Assembly (NCBI GenBank): GCA_904063045.1
Contig: CAJFCJ010000009.1
Span: 600,942 to 664,941, forward strand
DNA from: Dimorphilus gyrociliatus
Taxonomy: Eukaryota; Animalia; Annelida
Length of the DNA: 64,000 bases
Direction of reading: 5' to 3'
Each line of letters begins with the position of its first letter. Position 1 is the stretch's first letter. Positions 14,701-25,977 of this stretch are shown in pieces. The position numbers and the translations under genes are program-made. Below the pieces are notes generated by a model that saw only the letters and a list, made by a program, of their open reading frames with translations, was not told the origin of the DNA and did not search any database.

Positions 14701-16363
14701 TCTATTGTACCTCAGTCGTATAAAAAAAAATACTGCTATAATTATATCGCATATGACGGACTGCAAAGCGTTTGTTTGGTAGGTAAACGCAATTATTCAA
14801 CGCTTTCGAATCAATCGAATATTTACCGAGTCGAAACAATCGGCTAGTTAATTCTTTTTAACGGTCTTGTTTAAAATCAATAGAAATCTGACAAACCTTT
14901 TCGCGTTTGTTAACGTCGGCACCCAGTTCCATCAGCCTCTCTGCTATTACAATTTTGTTCTCCTTAACTGCCATCATTAAGGCAGTTGAATTAGATACCT
15001 GAGGGAAAAACACAACTGTTTATGAGATCATAATAAAAGAGTAAAATGAGAGAAATTGATTGATTTTCTATCAGTTTCATTTTATTTAGTCGGTTTGCAA
15101 ATTGTTTACCGGATCTTGAGCATCAATATCCTGTAGCGGATTCTGGGCTACTGTTCGAAGATATTGGTCTAATTCACTCCAAGCTCCTTTCATTGCGAGT
15201 TCAAGCACCATTGGTAGCTTTTCCTCTTGTTTTTCCTCGCTTTCCTTCTTTTCAGCCGTTTTAATTTCATTCTGCTTTTCATCCTTTTCCTTTGATTTCT
15301 TCTCATCTTTTGGTTTTTTTTCATCTTTTTTCTTCTTATCATCCTTCTTTTCAGGCAATTTTGGTGTCGAAGCTGATCTTGTGTTAGAAGGAGGAGGTGT
15401 TGCTCTCTGTTTCTGTTCCTCAATTAGTTTTTTAGCTGGTCTAGGAGATGATTTTTGCAGCTCTTTATTTTCTTCCTTAGGAGATTCCTTTAAATTTGCA
15501 GGAGGTATAGAACCATTTGATCGTTTCTCGATAGTATTACTCTTAGTTTGTTCAACTTTCTGTTCTTGTTTCTGACTAGTTTGCTGTTGTGGTGTTTTTT
15601 CCGATTCAACTTTTTTCGTTTTATCAGGTTTGTCAGTTTTTTCAGTTTTATCACTTTTATCACTTTTATCACTTTTATCAGTTTTGTCAGTTTTTTCTTG
15701 TTTTTCTTGTTTTTCAGCCTTTTCAACCTTTTCAGCCTTTTCAGCCTTTTCAGCCTTTTCAGCCTTTTCAGCCTTTTCCGCTTTCTCTGTCTTTTCCTTG
15801 TTTTCTGTTTTATCCGTCTTAGGTTCACTTATTGTTTCGTTAGTGTTTTTAGGCTCGGATTCAGTTTTATTTTTTGACTCTGTTGCATTAGGATCGTCAT
15901 TATGAGGTTTATCCTTTGGTGGGATGGATGGAGTTTTGGTACCGTCTTTTTTAGCATCGTTTTTCGCTGGTTCAGAGTTGAGTTTTCTACTTGTTTCTAC
16001 CTTTTTCTTGACAGTAGGTGTAGTGTCTACTTTTTCGGACTTATTTTGAGAAGTTGACGGTTGAACTTTACTTTTATCGCCTTCTTCTTTCTTCCTTTCA
16101 GCTTTATCCACATTATCCACTTCTCCTTTGTTTTTTGAGTCATCTTCAACTTTTTTTGGCGCATTAGCCTTTGCTTCATTACTTCCTTCTACTTTAACGT
16201 CTTTTGCCTTATCAGTTTCACTCTTAGCCTTAATAGCGGACTTCACCGGTCTCTTTGGCGATTCATTCTTTGGTTTTGTTGTAGCTGAGGGATTTCGTCT
16301 CTCACGACTCGAGGATCTACCACGGGCCGCACTTGCCAACCTCGCTCTAGCGCTGCTCATCAT
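8763..16363 (-). CDS. nompC: TRPN/NOMPC mechanosensitive channel, about 2003 aa. Exons 16363-15110, 14998-14897, 14571-14473, 14355-14242, 14181-13978, 13915-13310, 13248-13021, 12892-12764, 12710-12594, 12521-12423, 12361-12161, 12071-11973, 11920-11819, 11647-11543, 11457-11356, 11272-11189, 11129-8763
   Basis: Long ankyrin array followed by TRPN-specific segments (KEKERAKDL, FLDVLIECEQKEV, LDFLSFHHLFGPWAIII, VLINLLIAMMSDTYQRIQAQSDTEWKFGRAKL). All 16 introns are GT-AG and phase 0. Confidence 0.95.
15625..15790 (-). repeat. Coding 9-bp-period tandem repeat encoding (A/V/Q/T/S/P)-(E/D)-K tripeptides in the TRPN N-terminus
   Basis: Plus strand reads (ttttcagcc)n, (tttttcttg)n and (acttttatc)n; translation EKAEKAEKAEKAEKAEKVEKAEKQEKQEKTDKTDKSDKSDKSDKTEKTDKPDK. 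Confidence 0.9.
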
Positions 16364-17183
16364 CTAAAATTGGCTGCCATAGAAGTTTGAAAAGCGTCCT
16401 GCAACGAATCGGGAAAAAATGCTTGGCAACGTGGCGCTGCAAAACGATTTTAGGCCTATATATTAGAAGGCTAAACGCTCCCTTTTCCTCCCATATCGCC
16501 AACTTGTTTGCCGTACACTCGACAAGGTGGCAATAGTAATTAAGCTTGACAAACGGTTTAGAAAAGCTAGCATACTTTTTTTCACTAGTCTCAAAAAATT
16601 TTATTATTTTATCTCTTTAGATAAAAAAACTATCTTATAATATTCATCATTTATTTACAATCAATTAAGGTAGCAATTGTCTTCAAATAGCATACGTTTA
16701 AGGCACTGATTTTCTTTTTTATCTTATTTACATTTCCTATCGATCCAGTTGCACCAAAAATTATCCTAATAAGTTATTCGCCTCGAATAAATATTTTGTT
16801 ACTTTCTTTCTTTTTCCTCTTTTCATTCAGAAACGTCAAAAAGCATGCAGGATCCATGAATAAATTTCGTAGCGCCCCAGGTAATTGTATCTATAATCCT
16901 TTTCCAAAAATCGGTAACTTTTAAAACATTCACTTTAATTTGATTAAAACTGAAATATTTTTTTTTTATAAAAAAAATTCTCTTCTTTAATCTTTCTCGC
17001 TTTTTTTTTGTTTTATTTGTTCAAATGTTAATAAAATGATCTATAAAACAATTACTACAACCAATATTAAAATACTTCCATCATAAGTACTCTCTTTTAT
17101 TAACTGTGTATGAAAAGGTCTATGTATTTTTTTTCACTTGGAAAAAATGAAAGAGAAAGTGAGCTGGAGTGTATGACGTAGTC

Positions 17184-17187
<4 letters not shown>

Positions 17188-17218
<31 letters not shown>
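17188..17218. repeat. (AG)n microsatellite between TRPN and the lectin receptor
   Basis: Direct reading. Confidence 0.95.
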
Positions 17219-17221
<3 letters not shown>

Positions 17222-17712
17222 TTCTATTTTATTTTTACTTTTGATTGAACAGTTCTCTCTCTCTCTTTCTTTCTTCCGTTCTTTCTTCTTTATTCTAGTT
17301 TAAAGTAGGCAAGTAAAAGGGAAATTACTTGATACAGATTTTTCGCTGTTTCATTATTTCGACAAGTACTATTTATAATAGAATTTTTCGTGTAGTATAT
17401 ATTAACTTAAACTTACGTCGCTTACAGCTCCGATTAAATTCCTCCCAAGAAGCTAATTGACAGATGATATTCAATTACTTGTATTATATGAGATTGCAAA
17501 CACATAGCATTGATTATTTCATGTACAAAAGAAAAAATTCTCCTTTTCTATCTGTCTATATTACCGTCGGTCTATCTGTTATTCATTTATAAAGGGTTAA
17601 GAGGAAGTATATATATTTAATTATACCATATATATATATATATATAGTATATTATATATTAATAAATTAGTCCTATGGTCACATTTAAAGTTTAAAAAAG
17701 AATTATTTAAAA

Positions 17713-19956
17713 ATGGAAAGAATTTATACAATGTGGCTAGTTCTGATATCTATATTTGTCAATTATTCATACACCACACAATTTTGCTGCTTTCAGGCGA
17801 CCAATTCAAGCTTTATCGATAAGTCAAATATATGTTTTTCGTGTGAAAGAAACGTTAACGCATCAGAAAGCAAAGAAGTTTGCAGACGGAAAGACATGGC
17901 TAGATTTGAATTTCTCAATTATTTACCAGAATATATTCCTTTATCTGATTATTCTCATTTAAAAGTACTAGAGGAAAATACTAAAATCAGTTTGGGATTT
18001 AAAAATAGTACTAGTCTCCTATCGACTAGTGTTTTTTGGGTTGGATTGAATGCTATTTTGAGGGAAAATAGAACAATTTTTCAAATGGACTCGTCCACAT
18101 GGAAAAATTCTGTTAGCTTGGAATTTAAAGATCAGCAATTCAATTCTGAAAAGTGCCTCGTTATCGATATACAAACCGAAGTATTAAGTAATTATAACTG
18201 TTCTGAAAAAGTAGATGTTTTATGTTATAGGCCTCAATATGGATTCTGGGGCAAGTGGGAAATGATCAACCTTTGTTCTGAAGAAGGGTACCGTCCAAAC
18301 GAATTGACTTCGGAAGAATATAGTAACGAATAGACAAACTTAAGATTAAATAAGACTAATAAGTTTTCCTTGTTGAATGATCTGTCTGCTTTTTGTAGAC
18401 AATCCGTTTGACGGTATTCTTGGAGGATAGTACTTAAGAAAAGAAGCTGCGATAGTCCGCCCAGTTGTCACTATCATAATCATTGTGGGGGTCCAGCAAG
18501 AACGGAAGTTATCCGAGAAATGTGTAGTGTGGTCGAACAACCGTCTAATGTTTTTATTGCAAAGAAGGAGACGTCAGTGACTGTAAAGAATCTAGCTACC
18601 AGTTATAACGAATGTAAACAAAGAAACAAGCTCGATACTTCCTTTACTATCAAACAAGAAATTAATGGCTTATCATTGAATTTTACATTTGAAGGTGAGG
18701 ATGATAGCCAAATTTGTCCTGACAGGGAGAGATTTTATCTCTCAACTAAGAATGCCGTTTCGTTGGATGATTGCATGAAAAAATGCGCCGAATTCACTCT
18801 ATGCATTCGCTTCTCTTTCTTCCAATACTATCTGGAATGTAAGTTAAAAGCATCAAGACGATGTTGGAGAAATGAACCATGTGCCTTTAATTATATAAAA
18901 CGGCCTAATTTTTGTTTTGATTTAATAAAGGAAGGCGTAAAAGAAATTACGTCGGAAGTCTATTTCGATAATGAAGGAGGCTATTGCTATACTCACCTAC
19001 ATAGAATGAACTTTCAAAGCGCAAAGATGGCGTGTCGGTCGATCGGAATGCATGTTCTAAAGCTTTGGATTCAACAAGATGTTGATACTGGAAATTCGTT
19101 TTTTGTAAGATTAAGAAAATTAAAATTTCGTAACGTTTGGTTAGGTTTACATAGAGCATCTTCAGCCGATACATTCATTTGGCAAAGCGACCTCTGGAAA
19201 GATTTCGACGCCATACCGTCTACGCACAGCAAAATAGTTGAAACAGGCTTGGGAGAGGGTGCGTGTTTTACTGCCTCACTTGATAGCGACTCAACTATTG
19301 ACTGGGTTAATAGAGATTGTTTCAAAAATGTGGCTCATGTTATATGTTTTAGGCCTATTATGGGAGAATGGGGTCCCTGGGTTGCTTGGAGACCTTGCTC
19401 TACTTGTAAAGAAAGGCGTATGGAGAGGCATAGAGATTGTAATATGCCAGAACCTATAATTGGATCGTGTTTAGGCGAGAAATTCGATTACAAGAGTATA
19501 AATGTAGAATCTGAACCGTTGCCGCCTTATTATTATCATATATATGTTGGTTGCATTTGTGGCACATTAGTTCTCTTATTTGCATATGTACTAAAGAAGA
19601 TTCAGTCTTCGTTCTATGGCCGATTCGTAGAGCAACTTCATAACTATGAGAGGGAAGCAGAGAGGGACTATTTCACATTGAAGAATCGTTTAGCAGATTA
19701 TGTGAGTGACGTTTGCGAGACCTCACCCATTCGTACTTCGAAAAGTGTAAAACGTCAAAAAAGCTACACATACACGTACATTACTGAAACAGATTCAGAC
19801 CCATTAAAAGAATTTAATCAAGCGGAAGAAGACGGAAATAGTGATAAAATCATGATCGAAAAATTGGAAGAGGCGGAAGAGGAAGAAGACGATGAGAAAT
19901 TAGATTATAAAAATATTACAGTTGCAGTTGATATAGAAAATCACGATGAGAGATAG
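17713..19956 (+). CDS. Single-pass receptor: signal peptide, C-type lectin, TSP1, PAN/apple, C-type lectin, TSP1, TM helix, acidic Tyr-containing tail. ORF interrupted at 18289-18416 by a small inserted element
   Basis: Two same-frame ORFs (17713-18333 and 18520-19956). CTL motifs FWVGLN and VWLGLH with C-terminal C..C pairs; TSP1 starts WGKW and WGPWVAWRPC; PAN-like SLDDCMKKCAEFTLCIRFSF; TM segment IYVGCICGTLVLLFAYVL. The frame is restored either by deleting the insert or by a 138-nt intron (18288-18425). Confidence 0.75.
18291..18414. mobile_element. 124-bp MITE-like element with imperfect terminal inverted repeats and TA target-site duplication (Tc1/mariner-pogo style)
   Basis: Left end TA|CCGTCCAAACGAATTGAC; right end (reverse complement) TA|CCGTC-AAACGGATTGTC, i.e. 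about 19 bp with one gap and two mismatches. Deleting the element plus one TA gives the uninterrupted reading GAA GAA GGG TAT TCT TGG AGG ATA GTA. Confidence 0.65.
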
Positions 19957-22064
19957 AAAATCCATTCATATTTACGGAAATATGACTAATTGTAAATTGA
20001 TAATATAGTTTTTAACTGTAATATGTAAAATATTAAATAATTAGCAACCTTTACTGAATCATCAGTTAGTATTCCCATGAATTAAGGCAATGATTTCCGA
20101 GGAACTTTTTGTTAAGGATACCGTATAAAATTCTTTCTTGAAAAGAATCTAATTTACTGTCACGAAGGTCATTCTATAACAATATAACGCAATACGCTGC
20201 TTAAAGGAGCATCATCTCTCTTTTACTTTAATTCTAGTTCAAGGTCTCTCTGCAAAGTTTATTTAATACCTTACTAGGTGTGCTTCAGATATCAAATGTA
20301 GTTTCAAAAACTCACAGACAGCTTCAACCAATTAGATATATTTGGAAAAAACACGAAACTAAGTGAATGTAACTACCGGCATGTACAGCATATATGCACT
20401 GTAGCAGATTGACAGACGAATATGTCAGCAAAGGAAAAAGAATAAGATACCCAGTAATTAAAAGTATAAAATCCTAATAGATTTAGTCCTATATGATAAT
20501 GAGGGTAATACTATATAGTAAATAAAGTCTAATGTCTACTCGCAGCTTAGATGTAATATATTACAATTTGTATTTAAAATCGATTGTATATATATATAGA
20601 GTATATTTAACTGTTTTGCTAATGAAACTAATGAATAAAACTAAATGTAATTAAGGTTTGCTCCTTTATTTAGTGTAGGCCTGTAGTCACTGGTGTTTAG
20701 AAAATCGGTAAAGGCTGATACTTACACATAGAAAGAATAAGGCCATGGAAGTTTCCTAGCTTATTAATCGTAATTAATATATATATATACTGTATACTAT
20801 ATATATCTTTATTTTGTGTTCTATTTGTTATTGTTTTCCTCCTGACTTTCCAGAAATATTGACACATATTTTCTGGAGTTCTATTCATCTTTTTCGCCAG
20901 TTATATGTCAGGTGAACTTATTCTCCTAATGCAAATGTTCTTTTCGGCCAATAGGTAAGTGAATGGACTAGAAAAGGTCAGACTGGGAAAGTATAATGTT
21001 TTAGCGCAAGATATTTATTTCTGTATTCTTTAAATTAATTAGAGTGGACAATCCTTCCTTTTCTATCTATGGTAAGGGAATTAACAATCTCAACTTGTTA
21101 AATTGACAATTTAAAATTATTATTATATGTTTGCTCTTCCTTAAATAATTCTAATAGATTACTCGACTGCTGCTTGCCTAATTCGGTATCGATTTTTCTG
21201 CAGTCATTCAGTGTTTCGTCTCGAGAAAGTCGATTGTTAAACATTGAATTTTCAATCAGTTGTACAAATGATTGCTATTATTATATTAACTATAAACGTT
21301 AAGCTTCGTTAAGGATCGATAATTGTTTCAGGATATTGTGAGGGTTTTTATTAATCATTTCTTTTTCAGAGATAATTATGTTATGGGACATAAATTTCCA
21401 TTAAACGTCTCTAAATAAATAACTATTTTTGGCTTACGAGAGAAAGCGAGAGAGACAGGGAGAGAGAGAGAGATAGAGATCTATGATTTTCCATGTCAGA
21501 AAATAAGTGAACATAATACTATAAAGGTTGTGCTATATAGGGCAATTACAAAAGAAACTAATCACCACCTACTTTTCATCATCTGCTAAAACCGGAGTTT
21601 TTAATACCTTCGCTAACATGTTAAACCTCTTAAGCTTCTTTCAACAACAAATTTTCTTTTTTTTTTTGTTTTTTTTACATGTTTTTTTTTTATTTTTTAT
21701 TTTTTCGTGACAAATTTCGATTGTAACAAAGAAACAAACAAAAAGAATATCTTATAAGAAAAAAAAATAAAAAGGACATTTACAAAATCATTTGATGGTA
21801 TTCTGTTTTTTTTAAGTATAAAAAGGAAAAAGTAAATAAATACATACGGATGTAAAGATAGAGAGATCCAGTCTTTTTTATATATAAGAAATATCACGCA
21901 ATACGATACAGAGAGATAAAATATACATCACCTTTTAGTGGAACCATAAAAAGTTAGTTCAACATTTAATTCTTTTTTTTTTTAAAGAAAAAACATTTGT
22001 TTCATTTTTTTCTGCTGCATTCTTTGACTGAACATTTGATGTAAATATATAAATATACAGTATA

Positions 22065-22099
<35 letters not shown>

Positions 22100-22252
22100 T
22101 ATATAGATATACTGTATTTATACTGTATTTGGTATATACATAAGTGTTGTAATGGCGATTTTAGAAAAAAAATATATATATATTTGCCTTTAAAGCAAGA
22201 CATGTAAATTGCATTGACTGAGAAATAAAATATTGGGAAGCATAATATAGAT

Positions 22253-22669
22253 TTATGACGATTCCCAATGATTGTCTTTAACAAGATGTGTCTGTTCGAT
22301 AATATACTTACCTTCCTTATATTTCTGAGAAGGTTCGAAGGCCACTTCGTATTTCCAGCCTAAAGTTGTTTGACAACATTGGCAAGATATGTCAGCTACT
22401 GCGTGTAAACCGGTTAAAAGTACACGCTGTTCGGCTTTACCACATGAAACGTTAACGACTGTGTTGAACAAATAGGCTCGACCTTGGCTTCCATGAAACG
22501 ATTTTGAAATCAGATCGGAATGATTTGCTAAATGAGCCCGGCAATGCAAACAGCTGTATGTTCGATTCTTGTCGGGAAGGTACGATTGGAATGTATTGCC
22601 TTGGAGAGGTTCTGTTCGATTTTCTCCTCTTTCCAGCTCGGATTGCAATTCGTATTGTTCGTCTTGCAT
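22253..22669 (-). CDS. YPEL: Yippee-like protein (YPEL1-4 type), 138 aa, intronless CDS
   Basis: [32 protein letters not shown]...[25 protein letters not shown]...[11 protein letters not shown]; both CxxC pairs are present. Confidence 0.93.
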   Translation of the reverse strand: MQDEQYELQSELERGENRTEPLQGNTFQSYLPDKNRTYSCLHCRAHLANHSDLISKSFHGSQGRAYLFNTVVNVSCGKAEQRVLLTGLHAVADISCQCCQTTLGWKYEVAFEPSQKYKEGKYIIEQTHLVKDNHWESS

Positions 22670-23618
22670 AGTTCCAGAGGTCTAAGAAAATTACATTCTA
22701 GACTTATTGAAGGAACATTTCGCATTGTATTTTTTTTTTGTTATATAAAAATACAACACATGCTGAAACAAGCGCTTTTACAAAACAGAAACTTTATACA
22801 ACTCAACAATTTCTGTCTGTTTCGAAGAAATATAACGCCTTTCAAATCACTTAATTTACTATTCTAATAGATCCTGAGTAGGCGTAATGAATTCCGATCC
22901 ATGAATTTGTTTATTCACAATATTCTCTGCACAAAGGCCTTAACAACACTTTTTCACAATTTTGATCTAGTTTTAAACCACATAATTTCTTCGAATCCAC
23001 TGCTGATATCACAACAACCAATTGTGATAACGATAGATATGATAAAAAGAAAAAAAGCAGTGAACTTGAAAGATATAAACACAACAACAAAACTACACCT
23101 AGTCTTCTATCTAATATCGCTCACAAGAAATAACTCCACAATTACCAAAAATTTTGTTACATTACCTTTTTCTAACACTTTCGTCGTTTAGGAAAAAAAT
23201 GCATAATAGGTTTTATTTTGGTTGCAGTTGAACGAATGTTGCGTTCGAAAAAGCAAATTTTCGTCTATTTGCGTAACGTCTGATTTATTTCCAGGAATTT
23301 TTTTTGGAATGACAAACTTGCCTGAAAAATAAAATGTTTATCACATACGAAACAACATAAAATTGTTTTGTTTTTCAAAATCAAATTTTTTGTAAGAAAT
23401 CTTCTAATTCGAAGATATTTTTAGCGAACAATATTGTTCTTATAAAAATTTTATACGAAAATAATCCTATGTAGGCAATCAGCTGTCATTTTTAAAATGT
23501 CTGAAAACATATGAACTTTTAATATATAAACAACCGTATAACGGTTCATTTTAACTGATACGCTGTCTTAAAGGGAAATTTTATTGACTTTATTTTTTGG
23601 AATTGATAAAAGCAACAA

Positions 23619-25977
23619 ATGATGGAAAAGTATTTTAACGTTGATGAAGTATTGGGGGATTCCAATAATTGCCCTGAATATACGCCAAAGTTGTACACAC
23701 TTCTCAATTTACTATCAACATATAAGGAGGAAAATTATATAGAAATTCAACCCATTCTGGCTTACTTTTCGGAGAAAGAAGTAAACATTTTCAAGTTCTT
23801 ATTCTAGAAACCTACTTATATTTTTTATCATTTCAGATAAATACGCCTCTACCGAATGGTCATACTTTTGTAGGGATATTAGTTACTATACCGGATGAAA
23901 GACCTCTAAAAATAGCTCTTGAAAGAGGAGGTGATCCTAATCAAATGCCTGCAAATGAAAATGACGTCTTACCACTACTGAAAGCAATTTCTTTGAATCA
24001 TATAAATCACATTGAGCTTCTTTTAGCTTACGGTGCTAACTACAGTATTATTCCAAATTGTCTTGATAATATTCTTAATATAGCTGTTACAAAAAATCAA
24101 GTACAGCTTTTTCGAAAACTAGCTACAAATGCTACAGCTGAAGTTCTTCAGCGTCAACTATCTACTGCAATTATTAACCGTTCAATTGAAATAATTCATC
24201 TCCTTGTAAGACTTGAAGCTGACTTGAATCAAGTTGATGATGGACTATCACCTCTCGTAATCGCTGCATCTAAAGGAGATGAAGATCTTTGTAAAATGTT
24301 AATTCATTTAGGCGCAAAATTGAATAGGGATTCAGGATCTCAGCAAGATGCACCGTTAATTTTGGCTGTTAAAAGTAGTAGCTATACAGCGGTTAAAACT
24401 CTACTAAAATTAGGTGCTGAATATAATGTGACGGAGGGTACAACTCAAGTGTCCTGCGGACCCTTTCATTATCATACTGTACCGGTCGGTAATTCTTCAC
24501 TTCATTTGGCTGTTTTACAAAATAATGAAATAATAGCCAAAATGTTGGTTGAAGCTGGATCAAATTTGAATCAAAGAAATTATGAAGGTGATACACCTTT
24601 ACATTTAGCTTGTAAAGATAGAGAGAAAGGATATGAAATGGTGAAACTTCTAATTAAACTTCACGCTGAAAGACACGCTAGAACAGCAGCTGCTGGAGGA
24701 GATAAAGCAATGAGAGGAGGTCATGAAGAAACATGTCACTGCGACAATTGTAATCGTTATCGCTTAACTAGGCAATGTTTACAATTAAATGCTAAAAACT
24801 GCTTAGAGTGTACACCTCTTATGGAGGCCATACAGTCTAAAAATGTAGCCGTTGTTGATCTCCTATTATGTGATGGGGCTGATCCGTGTGTACGTTGCGA
24901 GGCCGTAACAATGACAACGACAGCCTTGCATCTTGCCGTGAAAGTACAAAGTATAGAAGTGTGTCAGAAACTGTTGAAAGGTTTATCAAATTAAATTTTT
25001 TTTTGACGCGACAATAATTCTCTTATCTATTTAGCTGGCTGTTCCGTCGACTCTTACGATAAGGATGGTTTTACAAGCCTACATCTTGCTGCTTCGAAAG
25101 GTGACTTGGAGATCGTTAAGTTACTAATACGAGTTGGTGCCAATTTAACAAATTTGACAATAAAAGATGAGAATCTTTTACATTTGGCCGTTGGATCCAA
25201 ATCGAAAGAACTTATTCACTACATACTGGAGCATAATCTCATCGACATTTCTGCACAGAATGCTTTTCAATGGTCACCTTTGATGCTTGCAGCTAGGATT
25301 GATACACCGTGGCCTACTGCTTTACTTGTAAAATATGGTGCACCATTGAACGCTCGAGATATGAATGGGGAAACAGCTTTACTTCACGCTGTTTATTTTG
25401 GAAGCGAGCATAACGCATCAATATTAATTGCACATGGCGCTGATATGAATATTGGTGACAGAGGAGGTTGTACACCCCTCTATTGGTGTATTTTCAATGG
25501 TCGAATACGTACACTTCAGCTATTACTGTTAGCTGGAGCAAGTTTAACGATGAATGAATTTTTAAGATATCCATGTAACGTTTCTACAATGCGTGATGAA
25601 AGGTTGAAAAAGTGGGTAGAACGGCACTTAACTTGTCCCTCCCGTTTAGAAAATCTTGCCCGTTTGAGTATTAGGAAAAAAATTTCATGTTATTCTCAAG
25701 GGAAAGATATCGCTCCACTAATCAATAAACTACCATTACCATCTCCCTTAAAAAGGTATGCTATTATGATCATATCTACCTTAATTATTCTACCGAGTGT
25801 TTATACTTAAATATAGCGTTTATTTAGAAATAATATAAATATATAGAGAGCAATGATTTATCGTAGATTTATTTCCCTTGCAGGTTTCTCCTTTTCTACG
25901 TAGATTATAATAATACAATTGAGAGTAATCTGTGTGTCAAAGAAGAATTTGATGAGGAAATGGATTTCCTTTGGTAA
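23619..25977 (+). CDS. Ankyrin repeat and SOCS-box protein (ASB-like), about 706 aa. Exons 23619-23780, 23837-24980, 25035-25755, 25884-25977
   Basis: Many ankyrin repeats (GLSPLVIAA, GDTPLHLAC, GETALLHAV) and a C-terminal SOCS box PSRLENLARLSIRK...LPLPSPLKRFLLF, completed by the last exon. Phases are consistent. Confidence 0.85.

Noticed and set aside
15625-15790. Tandem repeat considered as a CRISPR-like or satellite array
   Set aside because: No spacers, a 9-bp period, and it lies in frame within a eukaryotic exon.
15190-16367. Several 60-110 aa ORFs on both strands over the TRPN first exon (e.g. FQPFQPFQP, LKRLKRLKR, SAFSAFSAF)
   Set aside because: Alternative-frame and antisense shadows of the 9-bp coding repeat; only the 16363-15110 frame splices into the ankyrin exons.
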